Assembly (NCBI GenBank): GCA_951406725.2
Contig: OX597814.1
Coordinates: forward strand, 19,778,001-19,842,000
Direction: 5' to 3'
Source of the DNA: Octopus vulgaris
Taxonomy: Eukaryota
Length of the DNA: 64,000 nt
Of this stretch, positions 1 to 12,814 are shown piece after piece. Under the pieces are notes generated by a model. That model did not search any database and was not told where the DNA came from. It saw nothing but the letters and a program-made list of their open reading frames with translations. The translations under genes were made by a program, and so were the position numbers. How positions within the stretch are numbered: the stretch's first letter is position 1; each line of letters opens with the position of its first letter.

Positions 1-788
1 TTCGATATCGATTTCTAGATGAAGTGATATAGATAAGACATATAGGACGAGATAAATGAAATTAACGCTATAACGTCGGTCGTGACAGAAGTACCGATCA
101 GAAGGCTGCTAGTGTAACTCACTGAAATATCTCTTCACCGTTTAGGAAGCCTAGGCCAGCAAAAGATTTATATTCTGAACATAACCAGAACATATTTCTG
201 ATGACGAGATAAAATCCGTTGACATTTCAATCAGTAAGTGAGCACCGTGCCTCTACAACCAGCTTCATTGCCGCTACGTTAGTTTATATATCAGGAATGT
301 AAGAAAAAGAAAATATCTCTATGGATACAATATTTTCCGGAAAATTTCGTTTCAAAACCATTCCAGATTACTGATTTTTGCGAACCTGGGGTAGTCACAC
401 TCTAAATTCAATAAATATTATTTAAGGATGTGTGGGTGCAGGTGTGGCTGTGTAGTAAGAAGTTTGCTTCTCAATTGCATGGTTCAGAGTTCAGTCCCAC
501 TACGTGACACCTTGGTCAAGTGTCTTCTACAATAACCTCGGGCCGACCAAAGCGTTGTGGGTGGGTTTGGTAGACGGAAACTGAATGAAGCCCGTTGTAT
601 ATATATATATATATAATAATAAATATTAGGGAATAAATCCAAATTTACAGGGAAAAATCAGATTTAGGATTGAATCCAATTTTATAGTAAAATATTATAT
701 AATATTAATTAGAGACAAAACCACTATTTTGCAAATCAAACAAGGAAAGACTTAATCAATACATAAAAAAATTTAATATAAAGTAAAT

Positions 789-843
789 AAATCGCCACTA
801 CAATTGTTTCCTGTCTTAAAATGACATTCATCAGGTGGATTTC
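789..843 (-). ncRNA. type I hammerhead ribozyme (left-arm copy)
   Basis: Reverse complement reads ccac-CTGATGA-a tgtc(loop)gaca g-GAAA-caattg-TA-gtgg. Confidence 0.8.
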
Positions 844-858
844 ATATCTTCTATTCAG

Positions 859-912
859 AAATCCACCTGATGAATGTCATTTGAAGACAGGAAACAATTG
901 TAGTGGCGATTT
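859..912 (+). ncRNA. type I hammerhead ribozyme
   Basis: ccac CTGATGA(867-873) a tgtc atttgaa gaca g GAAA(891-894) caattg TA gtgg; stem I ccac/gtgg, palindromic stem III, GUA cleavage triplet. Confidence 0.82.
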
Positions 913-992
913 ATTTACTTTATATTAAATTTTTTTATGTATTGATTAAGTCTTTCCTTGTTTGATTTGCAAAATAGTGGTTTTGTCTCTAA

Positions 993-1063
<71 letters not shown>

Positions 1064-1332
1064 TGTATGTATGTATGTATGTATGTATGTATGTATATTT
1101 ATATGTGTTTGTGTGTGTTTTTGTTCCCCAACACCGCTTGACAAACAGTGGTGAAGTGTTTATGTCCAGTTAACTTAACGGTTTGGCAAAAGAGACCAGA
1201 ATAATAAGTACCAGGCTTAGAAAAAAAGAAGAAAAAAGGCTGTCGTTGATTCGATCAACTAAGAAAATTCTCCAAGGTGATACCCTAGCATGGCCGCAGT
1301 CTAATGACAAAAGCAAAAGTTAGAACGATTAA

Positions 1333-1393
<61 letters not shown>

Positions 1394-2653
1394 CAGGGGT
1401 TGGACAAAATAATGGAATCACCTTAAAATTTCAAACAAATTTATTCTAATATGGGGTATAACTACCTTTGGCAGTAATTACAGCTTGAATTCTACAAGTT
1501 ATGGACTCGTACAAAGTTTCAATTGTTTCCAAAGGAATTTTTGTACATTCTTCAGCTAAAACAGTCTCCAGTTCCTCTAGTGATAATGGTGGAGGTTATC
1601 AACTCCTTACTTGTTTTTCTAAAATGTACCATAAATGTTCAATAATATTGAGATCTGGGAACTGTGGTGGCCAGATAAGATATTCAACTTCACTAGAATG
1701 TTGCTCGTGCTATCTATTCAGTAACAACTTTAGATGTATGAATTGATGCGTTATCATCCTGAAAGATTGCGTTTCCCTCTGGAAACAGTTCTGCAACAAG
1801 AGGACGAATTTGATCCAGATAAAATGCTTAAATAGTCTTGACTATTAATTCTGCCATGAAGGAAAACCATTGGGCCAGCGGATTTTTAAGATATAACCCC
1901 ACCACCACCACCACCCCACCCCCGATCATCACAGATCCTCCTCCATGTTTAACAGCTGGAAGAAGGCAGTCTTGATTAAATGCTTCTTTTGGCGGTCTCT
2001 ACATGTATACTCGGCCGATGCTCGGTAATAATGTAAACGATGAGCCGTCCAAGAAAATAAACATTCTTTCACTGCTCTACCCTAAACGCTTTGCAATGTT
2101 TGTTCTTGAAAGTAGTTCTATTCTGATTGCAAAGCTCCCGTGAAATCTGGCTTTATGCAGCTCCTGGAGAACAGTTTTTGTAGAAACTGGGTTCTCGAGG
2201 TGGTCAATAAGCTCTGAAGTAATTTTGGAAGCAGTACTTTTGTGATCCTTTCTAGCAATTCGCGTAAGAGTCTGACGGTCCTTTTCTGAAAGTTTTAGTT
2301 TTCCGTAGTTTTGTTTCAACGAGGAGGTTTTTCCCTCTTTCTGAAAGGTTGACATTACTTTCGAGACAGTACTTCTTGATACACCAAACATTTCAGCTGT
2401 TTTTGTTACGCTAGCGCCTACCATACGAGCACCAACAATTTGAAAGTCCGATAGATCTGTCATTTTAATGAATTTTAATTACTTTTGTCTGATGATATTT
2501 GAAAAAACAATGGAAAATTTTAGCAAAAACTTATTAAGCAACTGTAATAATAAATCAAAAAACAAAAATAATTAACTTTTGACGGTTTTATAGATATTTC
2601 AAAATTATGATGCTATGATGCTAGGTGTTTCCATTATTTTTGTTCAACCCCTG
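1394..2653 (-). mobile_element. Tc1/mariner DNA transposon, both TIRs present, degenerate
   Basis: TIR CAGGGGTTGGACAAAATAATGGAATCACCT / AGGTGTTTCCATTATTTTTGTTCAACCCCTG, TA on both sides. Confidence 0.93.
1430..2463 (-). pseudogene. Tc1 transposase pseudogene
   Basis: N-terminal HTH ORF 2077-2463 (TAEMFGVSRSTVSKV); downstream FQDDNASIH and WPPQFPDLNIIEHLW motifs broken by stops/frameshifts. Confidence 0.88.
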
Positions 2654-3398
2654 TACATATATATATATATATATATGCCTGTAATAGTTACGTTGTCGGC
2701 TAATACAATTCAGAGCTTCTCCCTAAGCCTGAAAATTGAATTTTTCTGTGATACTTTTTCTGTATTGCTTGAAATTATCTCCCCTTTTCTTTGAAAGTTG
2801 AAAACATTTACCGTTAGGTTTCTGTTTTCATTTTTTCTCAGCGCACGTATGGCTGTGTTGGATAAGACTACAGAAACGGTAAAACATCGGAATGCATGCT
2901 TCGATAGTATTGTACATCTTTCTCGTTGGTCTTGCGTTCAAATCTACCAGAGTTTACTTTATTTTCCAGTTATTCTAAATTCGATCAATAAATACCAGTT
3001 ATAGAAGAACGTAAGTTCAGTTTGTTTACAGAGTCATATAGACGTCCTTTCGTCTCGTTGTTGAATTAGACACGTGATATAACGATAAGGCTATCGGTAG
3101 CTTCAAATGCAGATCGAACCGACAATTTTCGTCTTTCTTCGACTCCTCAGAGGTCTTTTGATTTCGTTTTCAATACAGATAACATGATGAGTAGTACAAC
3201 CAAACTTACATAACAGTATAAGATCGCTCACTTCTGACATATGATATTTCAGTATTCTAGTCATCTATACATCCTAACCTACAAAACTTGAAAACGTACT
3301 CTTATGTGAGATCTATGACTTATCAACATATATACACATACATATGTACATATATACAAGCGTAAATACAAATATATATATATATATACACATATATA

Positions 3399-3512
<114 letters not shown>

Positions 3513-3945
3513 CATAACCTTCTACGAGTATTTATCTGATTGGGATGAAAATAAAACTTAGGTTTACAATTGAATTGATGGCAACCTTCGAGAAAAGCAA
3601 TACGTCAGCGCTAGTGAAAATAGCTTATTATGGTCTCCATGTTTATATACTTTATCTGATATTTTTACATGTGAAAGATTCTCAATATATCTCATACTCC
3701 GATTTGCTGTCAGAATAAGAGAGGCCAGGCAGATGAATTATTGGATATTACAATTTCTTTTCCTTCCTCTTATTCTTCTTTCTTTCTTTGTTTTTTTTTT
3801 CTTTCTTTATTTTTTTATTTTTCTTTTTTTCTTTTTTTTTTTTGTCACAGTCTCAACTGAGATTGAACCAGCTTACCCTGATTTATTGTATTGACGGTTT
3901 GACTGAAACGATTGTAGTAGTAATAAGAATGAAGAAGCTGGCATG

Positions 3946-3976
<31 letters not shown>

Positions 3977-4009
3977 AGAGAAAATAGTGAGAAAGAAGAA
4001 GAAATTCAA

Positions 4010-4125
4010 TAGCAATGACAATAACAACAACAACAACAACAATAATAATAACAATAATAATAATAATAACAGTAATAATAATAATGATAATAATAATAAC
4101 AATAATAATAATAATAATAATAATG

Positions 4126-4176
<51 letters not shown>

Positions 4177-4230
4177 GCAATAATAATAATAATAATGACA
4201 ACCACCACTATAACAACAACAACAACAAAG
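4010..4230. repeat. (AAT)n/(AAC)n microsatellite
   Basis: Direct reading; source of the poly-L/I/N/Y pseudo-ORFs. Confidence 0.95.
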
Positions 4231-5400
4231 CCTTAACATCAACAAGGAGAAAACAAGTAGATTTGGGGTTTTTAGTCAACTTTTCCTGACAGATAAAAAT
4301 GTAGAGTGAAATATGCATTGGTTGTGTCAGAATGTGAATTCGATTGTTTCTTGTTTTTCAAAGCCGGGTTCTGACGTGCAAGGAATGATACATCGTCCAT
4401 CAACAGAGAGTTATTGATTGGCAGTAAAACTCTCTCTCTCTCACTCTCTTTCTCTCTGTTCAATTGCATGCGTCAAACACAGAGAGTCAGTACTGCATGG
4501 TGATCATTGTTAAGCTAATCCTTTTCCGAATCAATGATCTGCCTAGCTTGGAACTCGTCTCCCGTTTCCATAGAGAATGATGGAGAAAAGTTTTCCCCCT
4601 GGGTTGGAGGCAGATATATAACATATCTTCAATCACAGACGTGTAATTATTTAGGATCGAAACCACTACGTGGCACCTTGGGCAAGAGTCTTTTATCATA
4701 CCCTCGGGAGGACTAAGGCCTTCTGAGCGAAATTTGATATGTTGAAACTGTACGGAAGCCCTTCAGCGAAACCATTTCTGTTAGGTTTTTGTTGGATGGA
4801 TTTTACTCTCCAATTTCATGCCACCAGTTGGTCCCTAGGTGATGTAAGAGGATCCTACCCTCTTACGAAAATTGATATCAGGTCTCCGAGATCTAAACGA
4901 CGCCCTCCTTTCCTCTAGTTTTGGCATTTCTGAAAAGGAACCTAAGGGAAGCCCTAATATCTCTTACAAAGTCATTAGAACATTAACTTAGCACCGCAAG
5001 GGGATGAAACATTCGTCAAATTAGCAGTGTTGTTGCTGCTGTTTACATTGGCGAGAGTTTTCTAATCTGTGCTGCTATCCATATAGAGCTAGATGCGCCA
5101 GACCATTCCTGGGTTAAACGTCTTAGTAACAGACATGATGCTGAACCGAGTATACGATACCACTGATCTATTCGCTAGACTATATGTATTTTCTGCTCAT
5201 ACACACACACACATGCAAAGACAAATATTCACACATATACTTGTGCTAGTGTGTGTGTATATATGTGTGTGTGTGTCTTTGTGTGTACGTATACTATAGC
5301 CACATTGTCATCTTAAAACACTGCGCAGTTGTCAGTGCCCCCATCATACGTACAGGAGACTAATGTTAATCTGTCAATTTGTTTATGCTGTGGGAGGGAT

Positions 5401-5782
5401 GGAAGCACTCCGTCGGTTACGACGACGAGGGTTCCGGTTGATCCGATCAACGGAACAGCCAGCTCGTGAAATTAACGTGTAAGTGGCTGAGCACTCCACA
5501 GACACGTGTACCCTTAACGCAGTTCTCGGTGATATTCAGCGTGACACAGAGAGTGACAAGGCCGGCCCTTTGAAATACAGGTACAGCAGAAACAGGAAGT
5601 AAGAGTGAGAGAAAGTTGTGGTGAAAGAGTACAGCAGGGATCACCACCATCCCTGCCGGAGCCTCGTGGAGCTTTAGGTGTTTTCGCTCAATAAACACTC
5701 ACAACGCCCGGTCTGGGAATCGAAACCGCGATCCTACGACCGCGAGTCCGCTGCCCTAACCACTGGGCCATTGCGCCTCCAC
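5401..5782 (-). mobile_element. tRNA-headed SINE, family A, with TSD
   Basis: Head rc GTGGAGGCGCAATGGCCCAGTGGTTAGG...GGTTTCGATTCCC; TSD TTTGTTTATGCTGT at 5378-5391 and 5785-5798; near-identical to 15824 and 20860. Confidence 0.92.
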
Positions 5783-6236
5783 CGTTTGTTTATGCTGTAG
5801 CTCTGTAATGAAGAGGCCATAGAGCATTGTTTTGCCACAGTGCTGCACAATATGTACACAATCGGCTATCACAATGATATACAATCGGCTATTACAATGA
5901 CTCTACATCGGGCTTCCATACAGTTTCAACGTATCAAATTTCAACGATACACTCTAACTCCAATGGTACACACTCAGACACTACAATAACATGGCCAGCT
6001 CCTGAATGACGCACTGTCAGTTACAGAATATGATACCGTCAGCAACTACGATGATACACAGTAAGCTATTACAATAATCTACTACAATGGTTCTCAACAA
6101 TTTTCTAACTACGGATCCCTTTGATTCCTATTTTATTCGATTGAACCCCCATAGCCATTCGATGTTCAAAAAATTCTATTATATTTTTATGATTAAATAT
6201 TATTAGGAATTGTTAGGAATATTATTAGGAATATAA

Positions 6237-6469
6237 AAGGCGGCGAGCTGGCAGACACGTTAGTGCGCCGGACGAAATGCTTAGCGGTATTTCGTTTGTC
6301 GTTACGTTCTGAGTTCAAATTCCGCCGAGGTCAACTTTGCCTTTCATCCTTTCGGGGTCGATAAATAAAGTACCAGTTTCGCACTGGGGGCGATATAATC
6401 GACTCAATCCCTTCGTCTGACCTTGTTTGTCCCCTCTGTGTTTAGCCCCTTGTGGGCAGTAAAGAAATA
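6237..6469 (+). mobile_element. SINE family C (central segment resembles the Nin/Deu-type domain)
   Basis: AAGGCGGCGAGCTGGCAG...GAGTTCAAATTCC...GCCTTTCATCCTTTCGGGGTCGATAAATAAGTACCAG; many copies in the window. Confidence 0.85.
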
Positions 6470-6529
6470 TATTATTAGGAATTGTATTAAAACTTGTTAA
6501 AATATTTTGTGTATTTCAGGAGTTGCTGA

Positions 6530-6862
6530 GATCCACTTCGGTCATGACTGACCGTGGGATTGCACCTAGAAAGTTACCCTCCCAGGCTCAAGTCCGAGCA
6601 AGGTTGTTTATGAAAAACTAGTAGTCGCCCATACATACCGGCTTCCCCTCTCCACGCCACCAGTGTTATCCAAGGGAAAGGCAAAGGGGCCGATACAGCT
6701 TGGCGCTGTGACGTCGCAACTCATTTCTACAGCTGAGTGAACTGGAGCAACGTGAAATAAAGTGTCTTGCTCAAGAGCACAACACGCAGCCCGGTGCGGG
6801 ATTCGAACTCACAACCTCACGATCGTAAGCTCGACTCTCTAACCACTGAGATATGCGCCTTC
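6530..6862 (-). mobile_element. tRNA-headed SINE, family D
   Basis: rc head AGGCGCATATCTCAGTGGTTAGAG...GAGTTCGAATCCC; ATTTCAGGAGT flanks both sides as a probable TSD. Confidence 0.75.
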
Positions 6863-7166
6863 ATTTCAGGAGTATAACCAATTTATTGCGCATAAATTTT
6901 AACAGCAAAATTTTATATGGACCCCCAGACCCAAGGATCATATTGACCCCAGTTGAGAACCGCTGATCTACTACACTGACACAGATTTAGCCAGTCACTA
7001 CATTTATATGCTGTCACCCACAACAGTTACACAGTAGCAGTCACTTCAATGACACACACTCAGTTACTATAATGAAGCAGTGACAGCTATTTCGGTAACA
7101 CTCACTCAAACTTCGACAATGGCACTAATTCTACTATTACAGGGACGCTGTTTTTCTATTATTTTT

Positions 7167-7402
7167 AAGGCGGCGAGCTGGCAGAAACTTGAGCACGCCG
7201 GGCGAAATGCTTTGCGGTACTTCGTCTGCCGTTACGTTCTGGGTTCAAATTCCGCCGAGGTCCACTTTGCCTTTCATCCTTTCGGGGTCGATTAAATAAG
7301 TACCAGTTACGCACTGGGGTTGATATAATCGACTTAATCCTTTCGTCTATCCTTGTTTGTCCTCTCTGCGTTTAGCCCCTTGTGGGTAGTAAAAAAATAG
7401 GT
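7167..7402 (+). mobile_element. SINE family C
   Basis: Same sequence as 6237-6469. Confidence 0.85.
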
Positions 7403-8655
7403 TTTTCTGTTATTGCATTCGCTGAATGACATACTAAACATGTTTTCTCAAATCATCGTTTCCAAGAATTGGTTTTATTATAAACTACCGTATTTGATGG
7501 AATGAATAGATGAAACAGGTCCCAATTTATGATATGTGTATTCAGGAAAAAAGTTTTTAGTACATTAAAGGAGGTCAGAGCTGTTGCACTCATGATCGAC
7601 AATGTTTGGACCGTACGATGGGTTGTGTTCTTCAACAAAATATTTCATTTCATGTTGCTCCAGTCCACTCAGCAAGTAAAAGTGTAATGTTCTACGACAG
7701 ACCGACATTCCGCTTAAAGAGAACGGTCTTATGAACCGATAACTCGGGAGAGGCCTTTAATCCAATTTATAAAACTTATAGAAAGCGCAACTTCACATTA
7801 GAAAACCCGAAGTGACTTTTTTTCGGAGACTTTTTTGTTTTGAAAAAAAAACAGTGCCTTGTGCGCCATCAATTAATGGTGCTTCTGTTCTTATATCTTC
7901 TCTCCACCAACAAATATTTTTTTAAATCAGGCTGGAAATAAACAACTAACTTCACACACTGACCTTCATCAACCTATCTTCGTCACCGCAACCGTATAAG
8001 ATGTCTCTGACTCTACCAACGTTTGCAATGACGACACATAGTTGGTTATGATAATTACGACAGTTTCACTAGTTCTACTGACTGTATGATGAATCATATA
8101 TAATCAATACACTAGAGTCAGCACAATATATGATCAAAGAGAAAATGATCAAAGGAATTCAAACCTTGGCCATCTCGTCTTTTATCATACCAAAGACTAC
8201 ATTATACAATAATGTATTCTTCCTTATTTTTTAAAACGTGGAGTGTGTGCTTTGAGAGAGGTTTAGATATTGTTTCTAGCAGATAGAGTGACCGCAAAGG
8301 TTTCTTCCTTAGCTCGAGTTTTTGTTGTTTAACCACAGCTCGGTGATGGCCGAGAAGACCTTTTATCAAAGAGTACCAGCCGCGATCTCCGCATCTATTT
8401 TTATTTCTTACAGACTGTATCTAGAATTATCTCTTGCAGCCTGTCCTTCCTTTCTAGATATAGTAGTCGTTAATTTGAGACAGAAATTTAGCTGCAATTT
8501 CTTGCAATTTGTATGACTCCCCTGAGTTTAAGAGCTACGTATTTTTAATATAAACACAACACGACATAACGAAGGCGCTAAGTAAGGTTGCTCGACCTCT
8601 CAGAAATAATAGTTGGATCGGCTTCAAACTACATCCAACCGTCTTAAAAATGAAA

Positions 8656-9059
8656 GCAATGTTATTAACAGAACGAATATGCTTGATGCACGTTCGAACT
8701 GGGGAACAAGCTACTCACTGCATTTTGTCACGGAGAATATATCTCGCTTGTTGACAAATAGTGTCTATACACCTAGATCAGCTCGCAGTGCCATCTACTT
8801 TGACTATGAGGTGCTAGCTTTTCGGAGTAGTTATCCCCTTATCGGTCACGGACACTAGTCAGACGACACTAGGAGCTGAAATAATAGAGTACCTTTCTTA
8901 TGCTTTTCCAGTCACCGTGCGATGACTGGCAGCTCTATACGGCGGCTTACCGTCGGTAAATTATGGAGTGAGGAACGCTAAGTAGTGATAAGTGAAATTG
9001 CAATGTTATAATCAGTCCGGATATGTTTGATGCACGTTCGAACTGGGGAACAAGCTACT
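8656..9059. repeat. 344-bp unit with ~60-bp terminal direct repeat
   Basis: TGATGCACGTTCGAACTGGGGAACAAGCTACT is exact at 8684 and 9028, preceded by GCAATGTTAT in both. Confidence 0.8.
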
Positions 9060-9681
9060 ACCTACTAAGCTACTAAGAACAGGATGGTCATGACTGGAAG
9101 CAATCAATGATGAGTCTTCTCGATCATGGAATCTAAACAACAACAAACACAACAAGCAATACTTAGATACCTTTTAGTGGGTACGAATAACCTACCTACT
9201 TTTTCGATTATTTGTCCAATACCTTACAGCTTCAGCTACCGACGCTTTTGTCGTTCGTATTTAAAAACAAAAGAAAAATAAACAATATACAAAAACAACA
9301 AAATCAAAACCAAAATCACATTCTTTTCCTCCATTCCATTTTATGTTCTTTTATTGTGATTTAGCAATATTTCCTTTCTCTCTTTTCTTCTCTACAGCTG
9401 CGATAAAACCGAATCTAAATTAATGTCTTCAAGTTTAGAAATGGACCTTGCTAGCCATTTAAATATCCTTTACCAAGCCATTCTTTCTTCCTTTTAGCTT
9501 ATCATTTTGATGTTTCTTTCTTTTCTTTCTTTTTTTGTCTTCATTACTTTCTTTCTGTCTGTCTTTCTTTTTCCAACTGATAACAAAATCGATAATTCTT
9601 GCAAGAGATAGCACTGAAGGTAATCATTTTGTACTTTAACTGAGTTAGATCTTTGCGATCATTTGTTTCGTAGAGAGGACT

Positions 9682-9940
9682 GTGATGATGATGATGGTGA
9701 TGATGATGATGATGACGATGACGAAGACGACGACGGTGGTGGTGGTGGTGGTGGCGCCGGCGGAGGTGGTGATGATGATGAGGAGGCGGAGGCGGAGGAG
9801 GTAGAGGATGGTGAAGATGGCAACGATGACGGTGACGTTGTGACAACGACGATACATTGATGAGTATAATTGTGTTGTTGTCGTTCATGACGATGACGAT
9901 GACGATGATGATAAAGGGGAGGACGACAACGACGACGACG
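9682..9940. repeat. compound GAT/GAC/GGT/GAG trinucleotide tract
   Basis: Direct reading. Confidence 0.9.
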
Positions 9941-10734
9941 ATTTTGTCATTTTTGTTTAAGGTAATAATGATGTGCCGGCGAAGACGATGAGAGAGGACC
10001 CTCTCTGAGAGTGAGGAATTCATCTTCAGCTCCACGAGCATCGGTTGATGAGTGACGAAGGTGAGAGTAATAGATGTGCCACCATCTGGAGACAGCTACT
10101 GCGTGGGGGCAGGAGAATGGTATGAGAATCCTGGAAATACTCAAGCCACGCCGGAACTGCTCGGGAACATGAATGAAGATCTTGAACCAAAAGACCCAAG
10201 GAAAACTTGAAACGGTCCCTAATAAGATGGGATTAACAATCAGCACCTTGTTGACTTTGATGGTGGAAGGGAGAAGCTGAAGGTCCTTTGTTTGCGTCCC
10301 ATCGGTCTTCCGCACATTTTAGAGGTTAAAAGAATGAAGGCCTGCACTGCTAATGGACCAGAATCACTGCGAAACAACGACAGCAACCACAATAGCTACT
10401 GCAATGACAATTGCAGTAGCATCTGAGATAGTAGTTGATGGTGTTTGTGCAATGAAAAAAAATCACCGGGCTTGGATGATCTGCTCAAAGCCAGTCTTAT
10501 TCTCCTGTGTCTGACAGCAGAACGGGACAATCCTCAATTTTGTGAGTCGAGGAATGTTTGGGCTGATAAGGAAAGAGATGAAAAGTAAAGGAGTTGTCGA
10601 TAATTTCTAGATCATAAAACTACTGAATCCAGAGCTTAAATTTTTGGTGCCATGTGCTAGAAATGTGATTATTTCATTAGTAGTGTTGTCATTTATCGTT
10701 AGTAGAGTGTCGAGCACGATTCCTGGTAGATCTC

Positions 10735-11385
10735 TCCTTAAAACCACTGTCTTATGTATTGTCAATACTTAGTGGGTAACAAGCCAGGCTTCAGTGGAGC
10801 TCTCATCATCTTTCGACCAGCCTATGGGTGGTTGGAACTCTATTGACAACCCCTTTCCATACTACACGGTCCTACATTGCTGTGTTCAGATCCCTAATAT
10901 CCAGCCCTGAGTGCCGAGATAATAGTATCTGGAAATGTCAGTTTCCTAGAGGAAACACTTCCAGAGCGATGCCATAGGAGCAGGAATGAGATAACCTCTT
11001 TCTCTACTCGATGACCGTGGCCGACATATTGTAGCCGTTTCTGCTTTAACTTGAGGGATATTGGTATCATATTTCCGTAGATGTTACTAAGTGTTGTGTG
11101 TGATCTCCAACTAATGTTCTGTATCTTTCTGAGCAAGTTGGTATATGTTCCATCTGGTTGTTTTTCTAAGAGACCCCGATAAGGTCCAGGTCTCTGATCC
11201 ATAGAGAAGGACCGGCTCAATCAGTATTCTAAATATTTTAACTTTTAACGTGGGTGGAAGGTTTGCGTGCCAGATCTTATCAAGTCTGTTACATGCATCC
11301 CAAGCAAGCGCTTTGCGGATGCAAATGTCCTTTTGGGAGTCCACTATATGTGATCCAAGATATGTGAAGTCGTCAACGCTTTTGA
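10735..11385 (-). mobile_element. RTE-clade LINE 3' fragment (degenerate RT C-terminus and tail)
   Basis: FTYLGS, LDKIWHANLPPTLKVKIFRILIEPVLLYGSETWTL and KRLQYVGH are typical RTE C-terminal motifs; frameshifted. Confidence 0.85.
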
Positions 11386-11519
11386 TTGATATATTATTGA
11401 CCGATTTAAGTTTAGTTAATTTTTTTTTCCTCTTCCCCTTTCCCCCCCCCCCTTTTTCTTCCTTTTTTTCATTTCTCGTTTCTTTTGTTCCTTTTCCTTT
11501 TTTTCTTTTTTTCTTTATT

Positions 11520-11715
11520 TTTTGTTCTTTTTTTCCCTTTTACGATCCCTTTTGATCGAAAACCTACGCCACCTTTTTTTGTTTCTTTTGTTTTTTGTTT
11601 TTTGTTTTTTTCATCCCCCAAAAGAAAAGATCTACCTTGTAATTTGTCCCATTTGTGTGCAGCCCTGAGTGGCCAATAAAGAAACTTATCTATCTATTAA
11701 TCTATCTATCTATTT
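11520..11715 (+). mobile_element. 3' end of a non-LTR element ending AATAAAG in (TATC)n
   Basis: Matches the rc of 30655-30830 and a short piece at 13336-13385. Confidence 0.65.
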
Positions 11716-12579
11716 TTCTGTGTAATTAGTTAATTAGCAATGCATGAATGTCTCTATCTATATATTTATGTATGTTTGTAACTAACTTGTTAGCTATATA
11801 TGTATATATGTAGCTATGTATTCAAATATGCATTTTAAACATGCGAATTAGTGCTTGCATTCATGTATGCATTTATGCATGTGTGTTAGTGCTTGCGCAC
11901 AAGCGCATGCATACGCAGGTATTACAACAATATATCAGAAGTCACAGCTTTTCACGTATTCAACTTCTAAACTACATCAGAGGTAAACCATGTTGGCATT
12001 TTTATGCACTTTTCTTGCAATTTCGCTTTCCGTTTTCCTTATCTTTTTTACTGTTTCTTAAGGTTATGGTGATAAACCCATACTGACTATAACAATACCA
12101 TTCGCTTCACTAATCCGTTTGTTCTGATCTTAAGAATTCTGTCCGGCCGCATAACGTTATAACCTGTAGTAAATTTACTCTGGCGGTACAAAAACCCAGT
12201 TCTGTGTGAAACCGTATTATTTATTTTACGTCTGTGGATCGCTGATGAAGATTGCAAGCTAGAGACGTGTACATGGTTCAACGATAACATAATTCCGTAT
12301 TTTAGATTTATTCACTATCACCTCGCCTTCAATCTGTCATTCACGTATTGTTTATATTCTGTTACTGGCTTCAGCCATTGAACGATCATGCTGGAGCAGC
12401 GCATTCAAGGGATTAGTCATACATATCGATCCTAGTACCTATTTAAACTGGGTACATATTTTAACAGATTCTATCTCGTAAGAGGACTCAATATAAACAA
12501 CAATGACTATAAGATCGTTGTATTCAGAAACATTTATATATCTTTTATTTATAGTTAGGTCTGCCTGTCTGTCTGTCAG

Positions 12580-12652
<73 letters not shown>

Positions 12653-12781
12653 ATACGTGTCTTTTTTCTTTTAGCTTGTATTGGTTTCAGTCAGAGGCTG
12701 AGGCCATGTTGGGTTACCGCCTTTCAGCATGATCGAGTTTATTTTTCTGTATTCTTTCTTGTGAAGTAGGGAATTGGGCTC

Positions 12782-12814
<33 letters not shown>

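Larger units (their letters stand above)
617..1005. mobile_element. Penelope-pLTR-like non-autonomous insert with 148-bp inverted arms
   Basis: Arms 696-843 and 858-1005 (one mismatch seen, 14-nt spacer), unique tail 617-695, (TA)n on both sides; homologous to 62052-62565. Confidence 0.75.
434..1318 (+). mobile_element. tRNA-headed SINE, family B, interrupted in its internal (TA)n by a hammerhead-bearing insert
   Basis: Head GTGGCTGTGTAGTAAG...GAGTTCAGTCCC (A/B-box-like); body matches the copies at 20250, 28685 and 31395; 3' half resumes at ~1100. Confidence 0.85.

Noticed and set aside
195-230. Hammerhead at CTGATGA
   Set aside because: No GAAA after the putative stem II.
1501-1746. 81-aa + strand ORF
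   Set aside because: Antisense shadow of the Tc1 transposase, as are the + ORFs at 56046-56941.
2485-2512. CTGATGA-tattt-GAAA hammerhead
   Set aside because: No stem II or III, and it lies in the Tc1 leader.
9947-10315. 122-aa minus-strand ORF as a gene
   Set aside because: No recognisable domain and a non-ATG start; kept only as a possible exon region.
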